Source of the DNA: an uncultured Spirochaetota bacterium
GTDB taxonomy: Bacteria > Spirochaetota > Spirochaetia > SZUA-6 > Fen-1364
Direction: 5' to 3'
DNA: 64,000 nt
Assembly (NCBI GenBank): GCA_963820525.1
Contig: CAWGAA010000001.1
Location: 320,001 to 384,000 of the forward strand
Positions 49,237 through 59,668 of this stretch are shown here, in pieces. The number at the start of each line of letters is the position of its first letter. Position 1 is the first letter of the stretch. The notes under the pieces were generated by a model. The model saw only the letters and a list, made by a program, of their open reading frames with translations, made no database searches and was not told the DNA's origin. Made by a program: the position numbers and the translations under genes.

Positions 49237-49455
49237 CTAGTAGCTCTTCATCTGGGAAACCTTGCGGGCCCTCTTCATTCGCTTGCGCTCAAGGGCCTTC
49301 TTCTTCCTGTTGAGGATGGCGGAAGGCTTCTCATAGAACTCCCGCTTCTTCCACTCGCGGATTATCCCTTCCTTTTCCACCTGGCGCTTGAATCTCTTTA
49401 TCGCCTTCTCCAGGGGTTCATCCTCGCTCACTTCGATGTAGGCTATTGTAATCAC
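49237..49455 (-). CDS. rpsU: 30S ribosomal protein S21 (start GTG 49455 or ATA 49446)
   Basis: [28 protein letters not shown]. Confidence 0.95.
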   Translation of the reverse strand: MITIAYIEVSEDEPLEKAIKRFKRQVEKEGIIREWKKREFYEKPSAILNRKKKALERKRMKRARKVSQMKSY

Positions 49456-50447
49456 CTCCCTTCGTTTCGCAATGTGCCAAAGATACTAATGAAAACGGGG
49501 CTTTTGTCAAGAATCGGGGTTGTGAGGAGGCTCTCCGGATCCACGGCGACACCCATCACTTCGACCTCCCAGTGCAGGTGAGGGCCCGTGGCAAGCCCCG
49601 TCTGGCCCACCCTGCCGAGGAGCTGGCCTTTGTCCAGCACATCCCCTTCCTTCACGTCGATCTCGGAGAGGTGGAAGTACAGGGAATAGAGGCCGGGCAT
49701 ATGCTCCAGAACGACGCTGTTGCCCGTCATGATGCGCGCCGCGGCCATGACCACGCGGCCCCGTGCGCAGGCGGCGACGGGGCTTCCCGCCGGAAGAGCA
49801 TAATCGACCCCATAGTGGACGCTCGCCTCCACCCCTCCTGCCGAATAGCGGTACACCCTTCGATCCCCGAAGCCTGCGCTCTTCCTCAGGGGCTCCACGG
49901 GACGCAGGAAGAGCCCCGCTTCGAAGAGGGCATCCGCGTGGGGACTCGCTACCGCCCGCGCTAATGCAAGGGCCTCTGCGGTCTTCTTTTCGTCGGAAAC
50001 GGTTATCAGGTTGGTCAGGGCCTGATCCAGCGGGATCTCCTCGGATACGAAGCGCTTCGGCGAAACAGCGACCGCGGCCACCTGGAGGAAGGTCCTTCCC
50101 TTGCTCGCCGCCGTCACCACGAGCCTGTAGTCTCCCCCGGGGGCCGTGGCAGGCACTCCAATGAGGCCCGCCCAGGGGGATTCCCCCGACTGGGCATCAA
50201 GACGGAACGTCGATGCCCGCGATACCGTATTGCCGTGCCCGTCTGCAAGGAAGGCGGCAAGCGAATCGATGCCCTCCGCCCAACGGGCGGCAATCCTCAC
50301 CAGGCCGCCGGGCTCCGCCCGATCCTCGCAGACTATTTCCGGGGTGAAGATGATCGGCCCGGGGGGACTCGCCGCCGTAGCGCTCTGGGCCGACAGGGAT
50401 TGCGCGAAGAGCGCGAAGAGAAAAACGGGGATGAGGGAAGTCTTCAT
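49452..50447 (-). CDS. M23 family metallopeptidase
   Basis: Signal peptide, HYGVD, YFHL, TGPHLH. Confidence 0.9.
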   Translation of the reverse strand: MKTSLIPVFLFALFAQSLSAQSATAASPPGPIIFTPEIVCEDRAEPGGLVRIAARWAEGIDSLAAFLADGHGNTVSRASTFRLDAQSGESPWAGLIGVPATAPGGDYRLVVTAASKGRTFLQVAAVAVSPKRFVSEEIPLDQALTNLITVSDEKKTAEALALARAVASPHADALFEAGLFLRPVEPLRKSAGFGDRRVYRYSAGGVEASVHYGVDYALPAGSPVAACARGRVVMAAARIMTGNSVVLEHMPGLYSLYFHLSEIDVKEGDVLDKGQLLGRVGQTGLATGPHLHWEVEVMGVAVDPESLLTTPILDKSPVFISIFGTLRNEGR

Positions 50448-52567
50448 CTCTGCACGTCGAGCAGCGTGAGCTGGAGATTCTGTCCGCCGCCGTACGTGTT
50501 TCTCCCCAGCCGATAGACGACATCCACGATGTCTCCCACTTTGAAGTCGCCGGGAAACCGCGCGGCCGCGTTCCAGAACACGGCCGGCCACTTCAGCTTG
50601 CCCGCCTCGAGGAGCAGCTTCAGATGGTTGAGCTCCTTGCGGCCGATGAGGTCGCACTGGAGGATCTTCATCCCGCGCGTGAGAAAAGCGAGCGGCGGAT
50701 TTCCCTCGCCATAAGGCTCGAAGAAGTCGACGACCTTCTGTAGATCCGGTGTCAGGTAGGCGAGCGGGACCTCCGCGTCCACGAAGATGCGCTCCTCCTC
50801 CTTTGCCGGAAGCTCCATCTCCCCGATCCCCGCGAAAAAGCTCTCCAGGAAGCCGGCGAGCCCGTCCTTGAGGACGCTGAAGCCGCCTGCGAAATCGTGG
50901 CCGCCGAAATTGGCAAAAAACGCGGAGAAACGGGCGAAGAAGTCGTCGATGAAACGCTCCCGCGTGCTCCTGATCGAGCCGACCGCGGCGGCATCTCCCA
51001 CCGAAATGACGATCGCCGGCACCTTGAAGAATGTCTGGAGGCGGGAGGCCATGATCCCCGTGATGCCGCGCTGGATGCGCTGGTCCGAGACGAGCACGCA
51101 GCGGCCCCCCGTGCGCTCGAAGCTCTCCCGTGCCTGGTCGATCATGATGCCCCAGGTCGCCTCCCCCATGCTCTTCCTGCGGCTGTCCAGGGCGAAGAGG
51201 TGGTCGACGAGCTGCTCCGTCTCCTCCTCCGTCTCGGAAAGAAACAGCTGGGTGGCCTTGCCCGGCTCCCCCATCCTGCCCGCCGAGTTGAGGAGGGGCG
51301 CGATCTGCCAGGCGATCTCTGTTGTGCCGATCCTTTTCCCCAAGAGGTCTTTCCTGAGAAAGATCTGGCGGAGGCCGCTCCTCTCGAACCTGCGAAGAGC
51401 CGAGAGGCCCTGCTTGACCAGTATCCTGTTCTCATTGGCCAGCGGCATCAGGTCCGCCAGCGTACCGAGGGTGACCAGGTCCATCCGCTTGTAGGCGGGC
51501 TCGAGCAGGGCCTTCTCCCGGGCGAGAACGAGCCGGCAGAACAGCTCCTTGAGGGTGTCGATTTCCCCGGCAGGGCGATCGGCGTAGCGAAGATCGCTTG
51601 AGGCCTCCTGGATCTTGAGGAGGCTCTTCCCCGAGAGCCCGGGGAGAAACTGGCGGACAAGGGGAGCGAGGTCGGAGAGGGCAACCTCCACCTCGGCGCC
51701 GAACGCTTGTTTGAGCAGGCGCGCCTGTACCGCTGCGTCGTAGGCGAGCACCTCCCCGCTTCCCTCCGGGGCCGCCAGAAAAGAGGCGAGACGCGTCTTT
51801 TCCAAGGAGACCATTCCCGGCACGATGTTCTCCGCGATCCTCTCCGTCTCCACGAGGTTGACGAGGCGCACGGCTTCAACGACGAGGGTCTCGTTCGCCG
51901 GGCGGGCGTTCAAAAGGCAGATGGGGACGTCGAAGAAGGCGGTGCGTGAGAAGCGCAGCGCCCATTCCACCTTGGAGGTCACGGCGCAGCCGCACAAGTC
52001 GCGGAATGGATACACGGAGCCCGGGAGCTTCGGGTTCACGATGGCGCACGCGTTGGGAAGCTCCGCCGGCGGGTTGTGGTGGTCGATGACGATGGTTTCG
52101 ATTCCGAGGCTCGACGCCAGGTCGATCTCGGCGGAGTTGGAAACGCCGCAATCGACGGTGATGAGAAGCCCCACCCCTGATTCCACTGCTTTCTCAATGA
52201 CCTTTCGCGTGAGGCCGTAGGAATCCTCCCCCTCGGGGAGCATCCACTGCACATCGGCCTCCATCTCTTTGAGGATCTCGAAGAGAAGCACGGTGGCCGT
52301 GATGCCGTCGACATCCCGATCCCCGAAGATGAGGATCTTCTCGCCGCTGTCCGCGGCCGCGTTGATCCGCTCCACGGCAACGGTCATGGAGCTCATGAGA
52401 AAGGGGTTGTGCAGGTAGCGCACATCGCTTTCCAGGAAGAAGAGCAGCGCCGATGGAGAGGTGACCGATCTGCGAGAGAGGATGGTGGCGGTGAGCAGGT
52501 CCACCCCGTAGCGGCGGGACAGCTCCTTCACCGCCTGAGGCTCCACGTCCTTTTTTTGCCACTTCAT
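50444..52567 (-). CDS. recJ: ssDNA exonuclease RecJ with internal insertion
   Basis: GDRDVDG, TVDCG, IDHH, GTLAD, LNSAGR, GGH..AGG, EPYGEGNP. Confidence 0.93.
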   Translation of the reverse strand: MKWQKKDVEPQAVKELSRRYGVDLLTATILSRRSVTSPSALLFFLESDVRYLHNPFLMSSMTVAVERINAAADSGEKILIFGDRDVDGITATVLLFEILKEMEADVQWMLPEGEDSYGLTRKVIEKAVESGVGLLITVDCGVSNSAEIDLASSLGIETIVIDHHNPPAELPNACAIVNPKLPGSVYPFRDLCGCAVTSKVEWALRFSRTAFFDVPICLLNARPANETLVVEAVRLVNLVETERIAENIVPGMVSLEKTRLASFLAAPEGSGEVLAYDAAVQARLLKQAFGAEVEVALSDLAPLVRQFLPGLSGKSLLKIQEASSDLRYADRPAGEIDTLKELFCRLVLAREKALLEPAYKRMDLVTLGTLADLMPLANENRILVKQGLSALRRFERSGLRQIFLRKDLLGKRIGTTEIAWQIAPLLNSAGRMGEPGKATQLFLSETEEETEQLVDHLFALDSRRKSMGEATWGIMIDQARESFERTGGRCVLVSDQRIQRGITGIMASRLQTFFKVPAIVISVGDAAAVGSIRSTRERFIDDFFARFSAFFANFGGHDFAGGFSVLKDGLAGFLESFFAGIGEMELPAKEEERIFVDAEVPLAYLTPDLQKVVDFFEPYGEGNPPLAFLTRGMKILQCDLIGRKELNHLKLLLEAGKLKWPAVFWNAAARFPGDFKVGDIVDVVYRLGRNTYGGGQNLQLTLLDVQR

Positions 52568-53874
52568 TCGCCGGAAATCTCCTCACGCACGAGCGGGGTT
52601 TTCGGGGACAGCCGTTCGCCGAGCTCCCACGCGGAGGCGCACATCCCCATGGCCTCGCGCACCCGGGATTCATCATCTCCATGCAGGAGGGCAAGCTCTT
52701 CGCCCCGGCGAACGCGGTCTCCCTGGACCTTGAGCAGGGTAATGCCAACCCCGGGAAGAACGGCGTCTTCCTTGCGGGATCTTCCGGCGCCCAGGACCAC
52801 GGAAGCGACGCCGACCTTGTACGCATCCACACGGCCGACGAAGCCTTCCCCCTCAGAGGTGAGCGGCCGGATGATCCGCGCCCGCGGGCCCTTGGCCGTA
52901 TTCATCACGCATTCGGTATCGCCGCCCTGGAACTCGACGTTGTCGAGAAACTTCTTCCAGGCGCTGCCGTCCGAGAGTTTTCCGCGCGCCATCTCCTCCC
53001 CATCCGGCAGGCGGGCGCATACGCCGCCGAGAACGAGCATCCACGCGGCGAGCCGTATCGTGAGATCGGTGAGGTCCCGCGGCCCCTTGCCCGTGAGGCA
53101 GTCGACGCTCTCCTCCACCTCCAGGAAGTTGCCGATCTTCCGGCCCAGCGGCTGGTCCATATCCGTGATAACGGCCGTCACCCCGCGGCCGAGGCTCCTG
53201 CCCGTGCGCACCAGGGACTCCGCCAGGGCGCGGGCCTCCTCGATGCCCTTCATGAAGGCTCCGGAGCCGGATTTCACGTCGAAGACCAGCGACTGCGCCC
53301 CTTCGGCGAACTTCTTGGACATGATGCTTGCCGTGATGAGCGGGATGGACTCGACGGTGCCCGTCACGTCCCGCAGGGCGTACATCTTCCTGTCTGCCGG
53401 GACGACAGACTCACTCTGGCCGATCATCGCGAAGCCGACGTCGAGCAGGCCCCGGATGAACCTTTCCCGGGGGAGGTCCGTTCTGTATCCGGGGATCGAT
53501 TCGAGCTTGTCCAGGGTTCCCCCGGTGTGGCCCAGAGATCGGCCGCTCATCATCGGAACGCGGATCCCGCAGGCCGCGGCGAGCGGGGCGAGGATGAGGG
53601 AGACCTTGTCACCCACCCCTCCCGTGGAATGCTTGTCGACAAGGGGACCGGGAACCCCCGACAGGTCGATCACCTCCCCCGAGCGGATCATCGCCTGCGT
53701 GAGGCCGGCTGTCTCCGGGAAGCTCATTCCGCGCCAGAGGATGGCCATGAGCAGGGCGGAAACCTGGTAGTCGGGGATGGCTCCGCGAACGTACCCGTCC
53801 ACCAGGAAGTCGATCTCTTCAGGGGAAAAGCTCGCCCCGTCGCGCTTTTTCACGATCAAGTCGACCGCCCTCAT
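52564..53874 (-). CDS. pdp: Pyrimidine-nucleoside/thymidine phosphorylase
   Basis: DKHSTGGVGDK, SGRSLGHTGGTLDKLE, YALRDVT, SIMSKK. Confidence 0.95.
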   Translation of the reverse strand: MRAVDLIVKKRDGASFSPEEIDFLVDGYVRGAIPDYQVSALLMAILWRGMSFPETAGLTQAMIRSGEVIDLSGVPGPLVDKHSTGGVGDKVSLILAPLAAACGIRVPMMSGRSLGHTGGTLDKLESIPGYRTDLPRERFIRGLLDVGFAMIGQSESVVPADRKMYALRDVTGTVESIPLITASIMSKKFAEGAQSLVFDVKSGSGAFMKGIEEARALAESLVRTGRSLGRGVTAVITDMDQPLGRKIGNFLEVEESVDCLTGKGPRDLTDLTIRLAAWMLVLGGVCARLPDGEEMARGKLSDGSAWKKFLDNVEFQGGDTECVMNTAKGPRARIIRPLTSEGEGFVGRVDAYKVGVASVVLGAGRSRKEDAVLPGVGITLLKVQGDRVRRGEELALLHGDDESRVREAMGMCASAWELGERLSPKTPLVREEISGE

Positions 53875-54428
53875 TTTCCCCCCTCCGTGAAAGATACGCG
53901 CGAGAGCGGCTCGTACTCGGCCCCGCCCGGCTTGAGGATCGATCTGAAAAGGACCAGCTCCTGGAACGCGAACTCGACGCCCGGCAGCGCGAGCTTCCGC
54001 ATCCAATCCCCGTCAATCCGCGCGCCGGGGTTCCGAGCGAGGGTGAGGTGGGGATGAAATCCGCGGGGATCTTCCCGGTACCCCAGCCGGGAAATCTTGG
54101 ACTGGAAGAGGGTATTGTAGCGGACAAGCTCCTCGGCCCCTTTCTCGACCGCGAGCCAGACCACTCGCGGGCTTCCCTTCTCGGGAAATTGGCCCAGGGC
54201 GCCGAAGGAGGCCGGTATGACGGACCGCACGAGATCGGGGTCCTTCATTGTTTCCCGGATATCCTGCACAGCCTCGTCAGGGAGCTCTCCGAAGAAATGA
54301 AGGGTGAGGTGGATTCCCGCGCTCTTGACGTAGCGCAATCTCGCTTCGCGCCTTCGAAGCTCCGCTATCACGGTCTCCACGGCGAGCAGGGCCGGTCTTG
54401 GCAGGGGCAGTGCGGCGAATACCCTCAT
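53871..54428 (-). CDS. thpR: RNA 2',3'-cyclic phosphodiesterase (2H)
   Basis: MRVFAAL, HLTL and PHLTLAR. Confidence 0.92.
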   Translation of the reverse strand: MRVFAALPLPRPALLAVETVIAELRRREARLRYVKSAGIHLTLHFFGELPDEAVQDIRETMKDPDLVRSVIPASFGALGQFPEKGSPRVVWLAVEKGAEELVRYNTLFQSKISRLGYREDPRGFHPHLTLARNPGARIDGDWMRKLALPGVEFAFQELVLFRSILKPGGAEYEPLSRVSFTEGGK

Positions 54429-55180
54429 CGTGAGGCTCCCAGGAATCGAAGGGATTTCGGCTCGCCCTCGAGAACCGCTCTGATCGCCTGGAACAGGAAC
54501 TCTTGGAGATGCTTGAGGGACTGCAGGTCCAGCCGTATCTTCATGGCCTGCTCCAGGGGGAGGGCTTCCGTGGCCTGCAGGAACCGAAGCGCCCCTGCAG
54601 TCAGCGGCAGGGAAGTGGACAGGCTGCAGGAGCGGCAGAGGAGCGCATTGGCGGACGACTCGTAGAATGCCGGGTCCTCAGCCGAGAAGCGCTTCCCGCA
54701 CTTGTCGCAGGTCGAGATATCGGGCTGGTAGCCCGAGAGGGCGAGAAACCGCCACAGGAACTGGTCCGTGACATAGGGCTCCTCTTCGGGGCTGGAGGCA
54801 TCCAGAAGCCGCAGGCAGCCGATGAAGAGGCGGAAAAGCGTGTTGGAGGTTTCTCCGGCGCCGTAGGATTTCAAGACCACCTCGGCCCAGAGGGAGGCGG
54901 CGGAGAGCCGGGGGAGGTCCCGGTGAAGCCTGTCGAAGCTCTCCCGGACCTCCAGGTCCGTGATCTTGTAGCTCCTCTTCACCGGGTTGTGATACAGGAC
55001 GGCGCGGGAGTAAATGAACGGCTCGCTCGCCATGCGGATGCGGCTCTGCATCTTGAAGGCGCCGTAGGCGGCCGCCGTGATGAGCCCCAGATCCGAGGTG
55101 AGGAGGTGCAGGTTCTTGTGATACTCGCCCATCCGATCCCTTCGGATGACGATTGCCTCTGTCGTGATGCTTCGAAACAT
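54425..55180 (-). CDS. recO: DNA repair protein RecO
   Basis: TEAIVIR...E, CDKC...CRSC zinc finger, KSLRF; start ATG 55180. Confidence 0.88.
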   Translation of the reverse strand: MFRSITTEAIVIRRDRMGEYHKNLHLLTSDLGLITAAAYGAFKMQSRIRMASEPFIYSRAVLYHNPVKRSYKITDLEVRESFDRLHRDLPRLSAASLWAEVVLKSYGAGETSNTLFRLFIGCLRLLDASSPEEEPYVTDQFLWRFLALSGYQPDISTCDKCGKRFSAEDPAFYESSANALLCRSCSLSTSLPLTAGALRFLQATEALPLEQAMKIRLDLQSLKHLQEFLFQAIRAVLEGEPKSLRFLGASR

Positions 55181-55321
55181 TCTCCAGCCGCTCTGACCCA
55201 TCATAGTGAAGAAGGGGCCGAGTGGCAACCGAAGCTGCCCGCGCGCGGCTTGACTCGGCCGAGGAGATTCCTTACTTTCAAAAAAACAGTAGCGCGCCGA
55301 CAGAGAACCAGGAGAAGCTTC

Positions 55322-57661
55322 ATGAGCGATCATCACATCGTACCCGCCGATCAGATTCTGCCCGTCCGCCTGCTGATTGTTGCTCTGCGGGGAAAGCCCA
55401 TCTATCCCGGCATCCTCACCCCGCTGATGCTTCCCTCCCAGAGCGACGCCGACGTCGTGGAGAAGTCCATCCAGGGCGACAGCTTCATCGGGCTGGTGCT
55501 CACGAAAAAGGAGGATGTCGACAATCCCGCGGCCGAAGACCTGTTCACGATCGGGACGGCGGCCAAGATCGTGCGAAAGATCAACCTCCCCGACGGCGGG
55601 GTCAACATCTTCATCTCGACGGTAAAGAGGTTCGAGATAAAAAGAGTGCTCAAGGGGCAGGATCCCATCAGCGTTGCCGTCCAGTACATCGAGGACGAGA
55701 ACACCGACACCCCTGAGGTGAAGGCCCTCACCCGGGCGCTCCTGAGCGAGATGAAGCAGGTCTCCGAGGGCAATCCCCTGTTCTCCGAGGAGATGCGCCT
55801 GTCCATGGTGAACATCGACAACCCAGGAAAGATCGCGGATTTCATCACCTCGATCCTCAACATCGACCGGGCCGAGCAGCAGAAGATTCTCGAAGAGCCG
55901 AACGTCCAGACCCGCATGGAGCATGTCCTGATCTTCATCAAGAAGGAGCAGGAGCTTCTCAAGATCCAGAAGAAAATCCAGGAGCAGCTCAACGAGAAGA
56001 TCACCAAGAGCCAGAGGGATTACTTCCTCAAGGAAGAGCTGAAGGCCATCAAGCAGGAGCTGGGCATGGCGGTGGACGCCAAGTCAAGCGATTACCAGCG
56101 GTTCAAGGAAGCCGTGGAGAAGCTCAACCTCCAGGGGGAGGTGAAGGAGCAGGTGGAGCAGGAGCTGGAGAAGTTCTCCCTCATGGACGCCAACTCGCCC
56201 GAGTTCACCGTCACGCGCAACTACCTGGAAACCATCGTCGCCCTTCCGTGGAACGACGAATCCGCGGAGAGGGTCGATATCGAAAAGGCCAAGGCCATCC
56301 TCGACGAGGACCATTACGGCCTGGAGGACGTGAAGGAGCGGATCCTCGAATACATTTCCGTGCGGAAGCTCAAACAGGACACCAAGGGGTCCATCCTCTG
56401 TCTTGTGGGCCCGCCGGGAGTGGGAAAGACGTCCGTGGGCAAGTCCATCGCGCGCGCCCTGGGCCGGCAGTTCTTCCGCTTTTCCGTGGGGGGCATGCGG
56501 GACGAGGCCGAGATCAAGGGCCACCGCCGAACGTACATCGGCGCGATGCCCGGAAAGATCATCCAGGGCCTGAAGATCGTCAAGAAGCGGAATCCCGTCT
56601 ACATGATCGACGAGATCGACAAGCTGGGCGTCTCCTTTCAGGGAGACCCCTCCTCGGCGCTCCTGGAGGTTTTGGACCCCGAGCAGAACGTGGCATTCCG
56701 CGACCACTACCTCGATCTTCCCTTCGACATCTCCCACATCCTCTTCATCACCACGGCCAACACGCTGGACAGCATCCCCGCTCCGCTTCTGGACAGGATG
56801 GAGGTGATCAGGCTCTCCGGCTACATCGAAGCCGAAAAAGTGGCGATTGCGCGCAAGTACCTCATCCCCCGGTCCCTGGAGCGCACCGGAATCCAGAAGA
56901 ACGGGGTAAAGTACGACAATGGAGCCCTCCTCGCCATCTCCGAAGGATACGCGCGCGAGGCCGGGCTTCGCAACTTCGAGAAGGCGCTGGACAAGATCCA
57001 CAGAAAGATCGCCAGAAAGTCTCTTCTCGGCGGGGTGAAGCTTCCCGTTTCTCTCAAGAAAGCCGACCTCGAGGAATACCTGGGAAAGCCCGTGTTCCTT
57101 GACGAGGAGATGGTGAGCGAGCTTACCCCCGGAATGGCGTTGGGGCTCGCATGGACCCCGCTCGGCGGCGCCGTGCTCACGATCGAGGCCGTGGCCAACC
57201 CGGGAAAGGAAGGTTTCCGCCTCACCGGGAAGCTGGGCGAGGTGATGCAGGAATCGGCAAACATCGCTTACTCCTACGTGCGGCACGTCGCGTGCAAGTT
57301 CGGCGTGAAGGAGGACTACTGGGAGAAGAACATCATCCACCTCCACGTCCCGGCAGGGGCCACTCCCAAGGACGGGCCTTCGGCGGGGATAACCCTCGCT
57401 TCAGCCCTCCTCTCGCTGGCCACGGGCAAGAAGATCAAGAAGTGGCTCGCCATGACTGGGGAGCTTTCACTTGTAGGAAGGGTCCTGCCTATCGGCGGCT
57501 TGAAGGAGAAGGTCATCGCGGCCCGCAGAAACCGCGTCAAGCAGATCATCATCCCCGAGGGGAACAAGCGGGACATGGAGGAGATCCCCGAGCACGTTCG
57601 GGAGGGAATCACCTTCCACCTCGTCTCATCCATGGACGAGGTCATCGAAAAGATATTCTGA
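55322..57661 (+). CDS. lon: Lon protease
   Basis: GPPGVGKTS, HRRTYIGAMPG, PKDGPSAG, IGGLKEK; start ATG 55322. Confidence 0.97.
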   Translation: MSDHHIVPADQILPVRLLIVALRGKPIYPGILTPLMLPSQSDADVVEKSIQGDSFIGLVLTKKEDVDNPAAEDLFTIGTAAKIVRKINLPDGGVNIFISTVKRFEIKRVLKGQDPISVAVQYIEDENTDTPEVKALTRALLSEMKQVSEGNPLFSEEMRLSMVNIDNPGKIADFITSILNIDRAEQQKILEEPNVQTRMEHVLIFIKKEQELLKIQKKIQEQLNEKITKSQRDYFLKEELKAIKQELGMAVDAKSSDYQRFKEAVEKLNLQGEVKEQVEQELEKFSLMDANSPEFTVTRNYLETIVALPWNDESAERVDIEKAKAILDEDHYGLEDVKERILEYISVRKLKQDTKGSILCLVGPPGVGKTSVGKSIARALGRQFFRFSVGGMRDEAEIKGHRRTYIGAMPGKIIQGLKIVKKRNPVYMIDEIDKLGVSFQGDPSSALLEVLDPEQNVAFRDHYLDLPFDISHILFITTANTLDSIPAPLLDRMEVIRLSGYIEAEKVAIARKYLIPRSLERTGIQKNGVKYDNGALLAISEGYAREAGLRNFEKALDKIHRKIARKSLLGGVKLPVSLKKADLEEYLGKPVFLDEEMVSELTPGMALGLAWTPLGGAVLTIEAVANPGKEGFRLTGKLGEVMQESANIAYSYVRHVACKFGVKEDYWEKNIIHLHVPAGATPKDGPSAGITLASALLSLATGKKIKKWLAMTGELSLVGRVLPIGGLKEKVIAARRNRVKQIIIPEGNKRDMEEIPEHVREGITFHLVSSMDEVIEKIF

Positions 57662-58449
57662 TGGCCGTTCTGCTTGCAGCCCTGTTGTTCTTCAGCGTGG
57701 CATCAAGCGGCTGGGCGCGCGGGGAAACCGACATCGACCCGGCGTTCGCGCTCTCGAAAAGCGAGCTCGAATCCGCGGCATCACGGCTCCCCCCCGCCGT
57801 CAAGGAGCGGATCCTTGAAAACCCCAAGGGCTTCCTCGAACTCTTGGCGAAAACCCTTGAGGAGCCTCAGGACCTCCTGACTCTGGTTGACAAGGCGCAT
57901 GCCCTGCCGTCGGACAGCGCGCCGCCTGACCTCGTTCCCCTGTCAGGGTATTCCCTTTCCGTCACCAAGAAAGGACTCTCCCTGCGCAGGATTCTCCTGC
58001 CCGACCTCCTGGATATGGCAAAAACCGCGAAGACACAGGGAATCACCCTCCCTCTGTCGTCGACCTACCGTTCCTATGAATACCAGGTGGAGCTGTATCA
58101 GAGCGCCCTCAAAACGCAGACACGGGAGCAGGTAGAGCGGGAGCTCGCTCCCCCGGGCCACTCCCAGCACCAGCTCGGAACCGTGATCGATTTCGGCTCG
58201 ATCGATGCGGCCTTCGCGAAAACAGCGGCAGGCATGTGGCTCTTCGTCAACGCATGGCGGTTCGGCTTCACCCTGTCCTATCCGGAAGGGAAGGAAGAGG
58301 AGACGGGATACTCCTCTGAGCCCTGGCACTACCGCTACGTGGGAAAGAGCGCGGCAGCGATCATCCATCGGTATTTCGCCGACAGCCAGCAGGAGTTCCT
58401 CGTCTTCTATGAGGAGTCTCACGGTTTCTTCGAAGGAAAAAGGCGGTAG
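57661..58449 (+). CDS. M15B D,D-carboxypeptidase (VanY-like)
   Basis: STYRSY, GHSQHQLGTVID, EPWHYRYVG. Confidence 0.9.
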   Translation: MAVLLAALLFFSVASSGWARGETDIDPAFALSKSELESAASRLPPAVKERILENPKGFLELLAKTLEEPQDLLTLVDKAHALPSDSAPPDLVPLSGYSLSVTKKGLSLRRILLPDLLDMAKTAKTQGITLPLSSTYRSYEYQVELYQSALKTQTREQVERELAPPGHSQHQLGTVIDFGSIDAAFAKTAAGMWLFVNAWRFGFTLSYPEGKEEETGYSSEPWHYRYVGKSAAAIIHRYFADSQQEFLVFYEESHGFFEGKRR

Positions 58450-58477
58450 CCGGGAAGGGCAAGAGCGATCCCCGCCC

Positions 58478-59050
58478 TCACGGCTGCTCCAACTCCTGAG
58501 GGCTGATCTCCAGTGCCCCCTGCCTTGTGACCCGAAACGGGCGGAAAGTCGCGTCAACGATGGTCGAGGGCCGGCTCCCGGGAAGATCTCCCGCGTCGAC
58601 GATGAGGTCCACGTCGCGCTCGAACTCGCTTGCTATTTCTTTAATCCTCCAGAGAGGAGGGTTGCCCGCCCTGTTGACGCTCGTCGAGTAGATGGGCCTG
58701 TCGAGGCCGCTGATCAGGTCCCTGAGAAACGGAGAATCGGGCACCCGCAGCGCCACGGTTTTCGAGGCATACGCGGGGATAATGATGGTGAGCGGTCCGG
58801 GCCAATGGCCCGCCAGGGCCGCCGGGATGCTGAAATCCGATACACGGGAAACCCACGAGGCATCGGGAATCAGCTGGAGAAAAGGCTTGTCTTCCCCCCT
58901 CCCCTTCACCTGGAGGATACGGTCCTCGGATCCGGGTGCTGTGCCGACGATCCCATACATCGTATCGCAGGGGATGATGGCAACCCCTCCGCCCCTCAGA
59001 AACCGGGAAAGCTCCTGGAGCAGCTCAGGAGCGCCTGCGGTGATGATCAC
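58478..59050 (-). CDS. tsaC: Threonylcarbamoyl-AMP synthase (YrdC/Sua5)
   Basis: PCDTMYG, KGR..KP, WPGPLT, STSVN, PSTIVD. Confidence 0.9.
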   Translation of the reverse strand: MIITAGAPELLQELSRFLRGGGVAIIPCDTMYGIVGTAPGSEDRILQVKGRGEDKPFLQLIPDASWVSRVSDFSIPAALAGHWPGPLTIIIPAYASKTVALRVPDSPFLRDLISGLDRPIYSTSVNRAGNPPLWRIKEIASEFERDVDLIVDAGDLPGSRPSTIVDATFRPFRVTRQGALEISPQELEQP

Positions 59051-59492
59051 GATTGCCCCGTTTATTGAAGAGAACGTGCAGGACCAGGAAAAGGGCGGCG
59101 AGCAGGCTCGTCACGCCTGCTCCTACAGTTTTCATCGTCGCGCCCCTGCCTTCCCGCTGCCGGGGGAATCTCAAGAGGTTGCCCACCTGGTAGGAAACCC
59201 GGGGAGCGAGCCCCCCTTCGAGTTTGACAACCCGGTCTCCATCCTTGAACAGGCCCAGCTCGCGGGCCAGGACCTCGATCCGATTCGGGTCTCCCTTGAG
59301 GTTCTCCAGGTCATCGGTGAGCCTGCCGTTGAGGTCCGTGAGGGTGTCGACATTCGCCGAGAGGCGGTTCCGATAGGCCTCCAGCGCACGATATGCCGTG
59401 ACCCCGGAGTCTCCGAAAAACAACACCGCGAGAGATGCCGCGATAAACCCTATGAAGCAGAGCAACAGGAGCCTGCGCATGGTCTTCACCAA
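59025..59492 (-). CDS. Septum formation initiator (FtsB/DivIC family)
   Basis: TM + FGDSG + coiled coil + IEVLARELG. Confidence 0.75.
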   Translation of the reverse strand: MVKTMRRLLLLCFIGFIAASLAVLFFGDSGVTAYRALEAYRNRLSANVDTLTDLNGRLTDDLENLKGDPNRIEVLARELGLFKDGDRVVKLEGGLAPRVSYQVGNLLRFPRQREGRGATMKTVGAGVTSLLAALFLVLHVLFNKRGNRDHHRRRS

Positions 59493-59668
59493 ACATGAAC
59501 GGCGAATCGGGCGTTTTCATTGAGGGAAAACTCCCTTCTATTGACAACGGGAAAAGCCTGGGGGTACAGTTGATGGGGTCACGGCGATACGTAGAGAATA
59601 CGATGAAAGTGGGGAGAGTGATCTGCCGATAATGAGGATAACGCAAAGCGTATCCTCAGGAGAGTACA

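Noticed and set aside
57661..58449. Vancomycin resistance gene (vanY)
   Set aside because: Lone M15B carboxypeptidase without vanHAX or vanRS; housekeeping context.
59575..59662. c-di-GMP-I riboswitch-like text (ACGCAAAGC) upstream of the acidic protein
   Set aside because: Lacks the GGCAAAC...GAAA...GGGAC arrangement; explained by a simple hairpin GAGGATA-ACGC-AAA-GCGT-ATCCTC.
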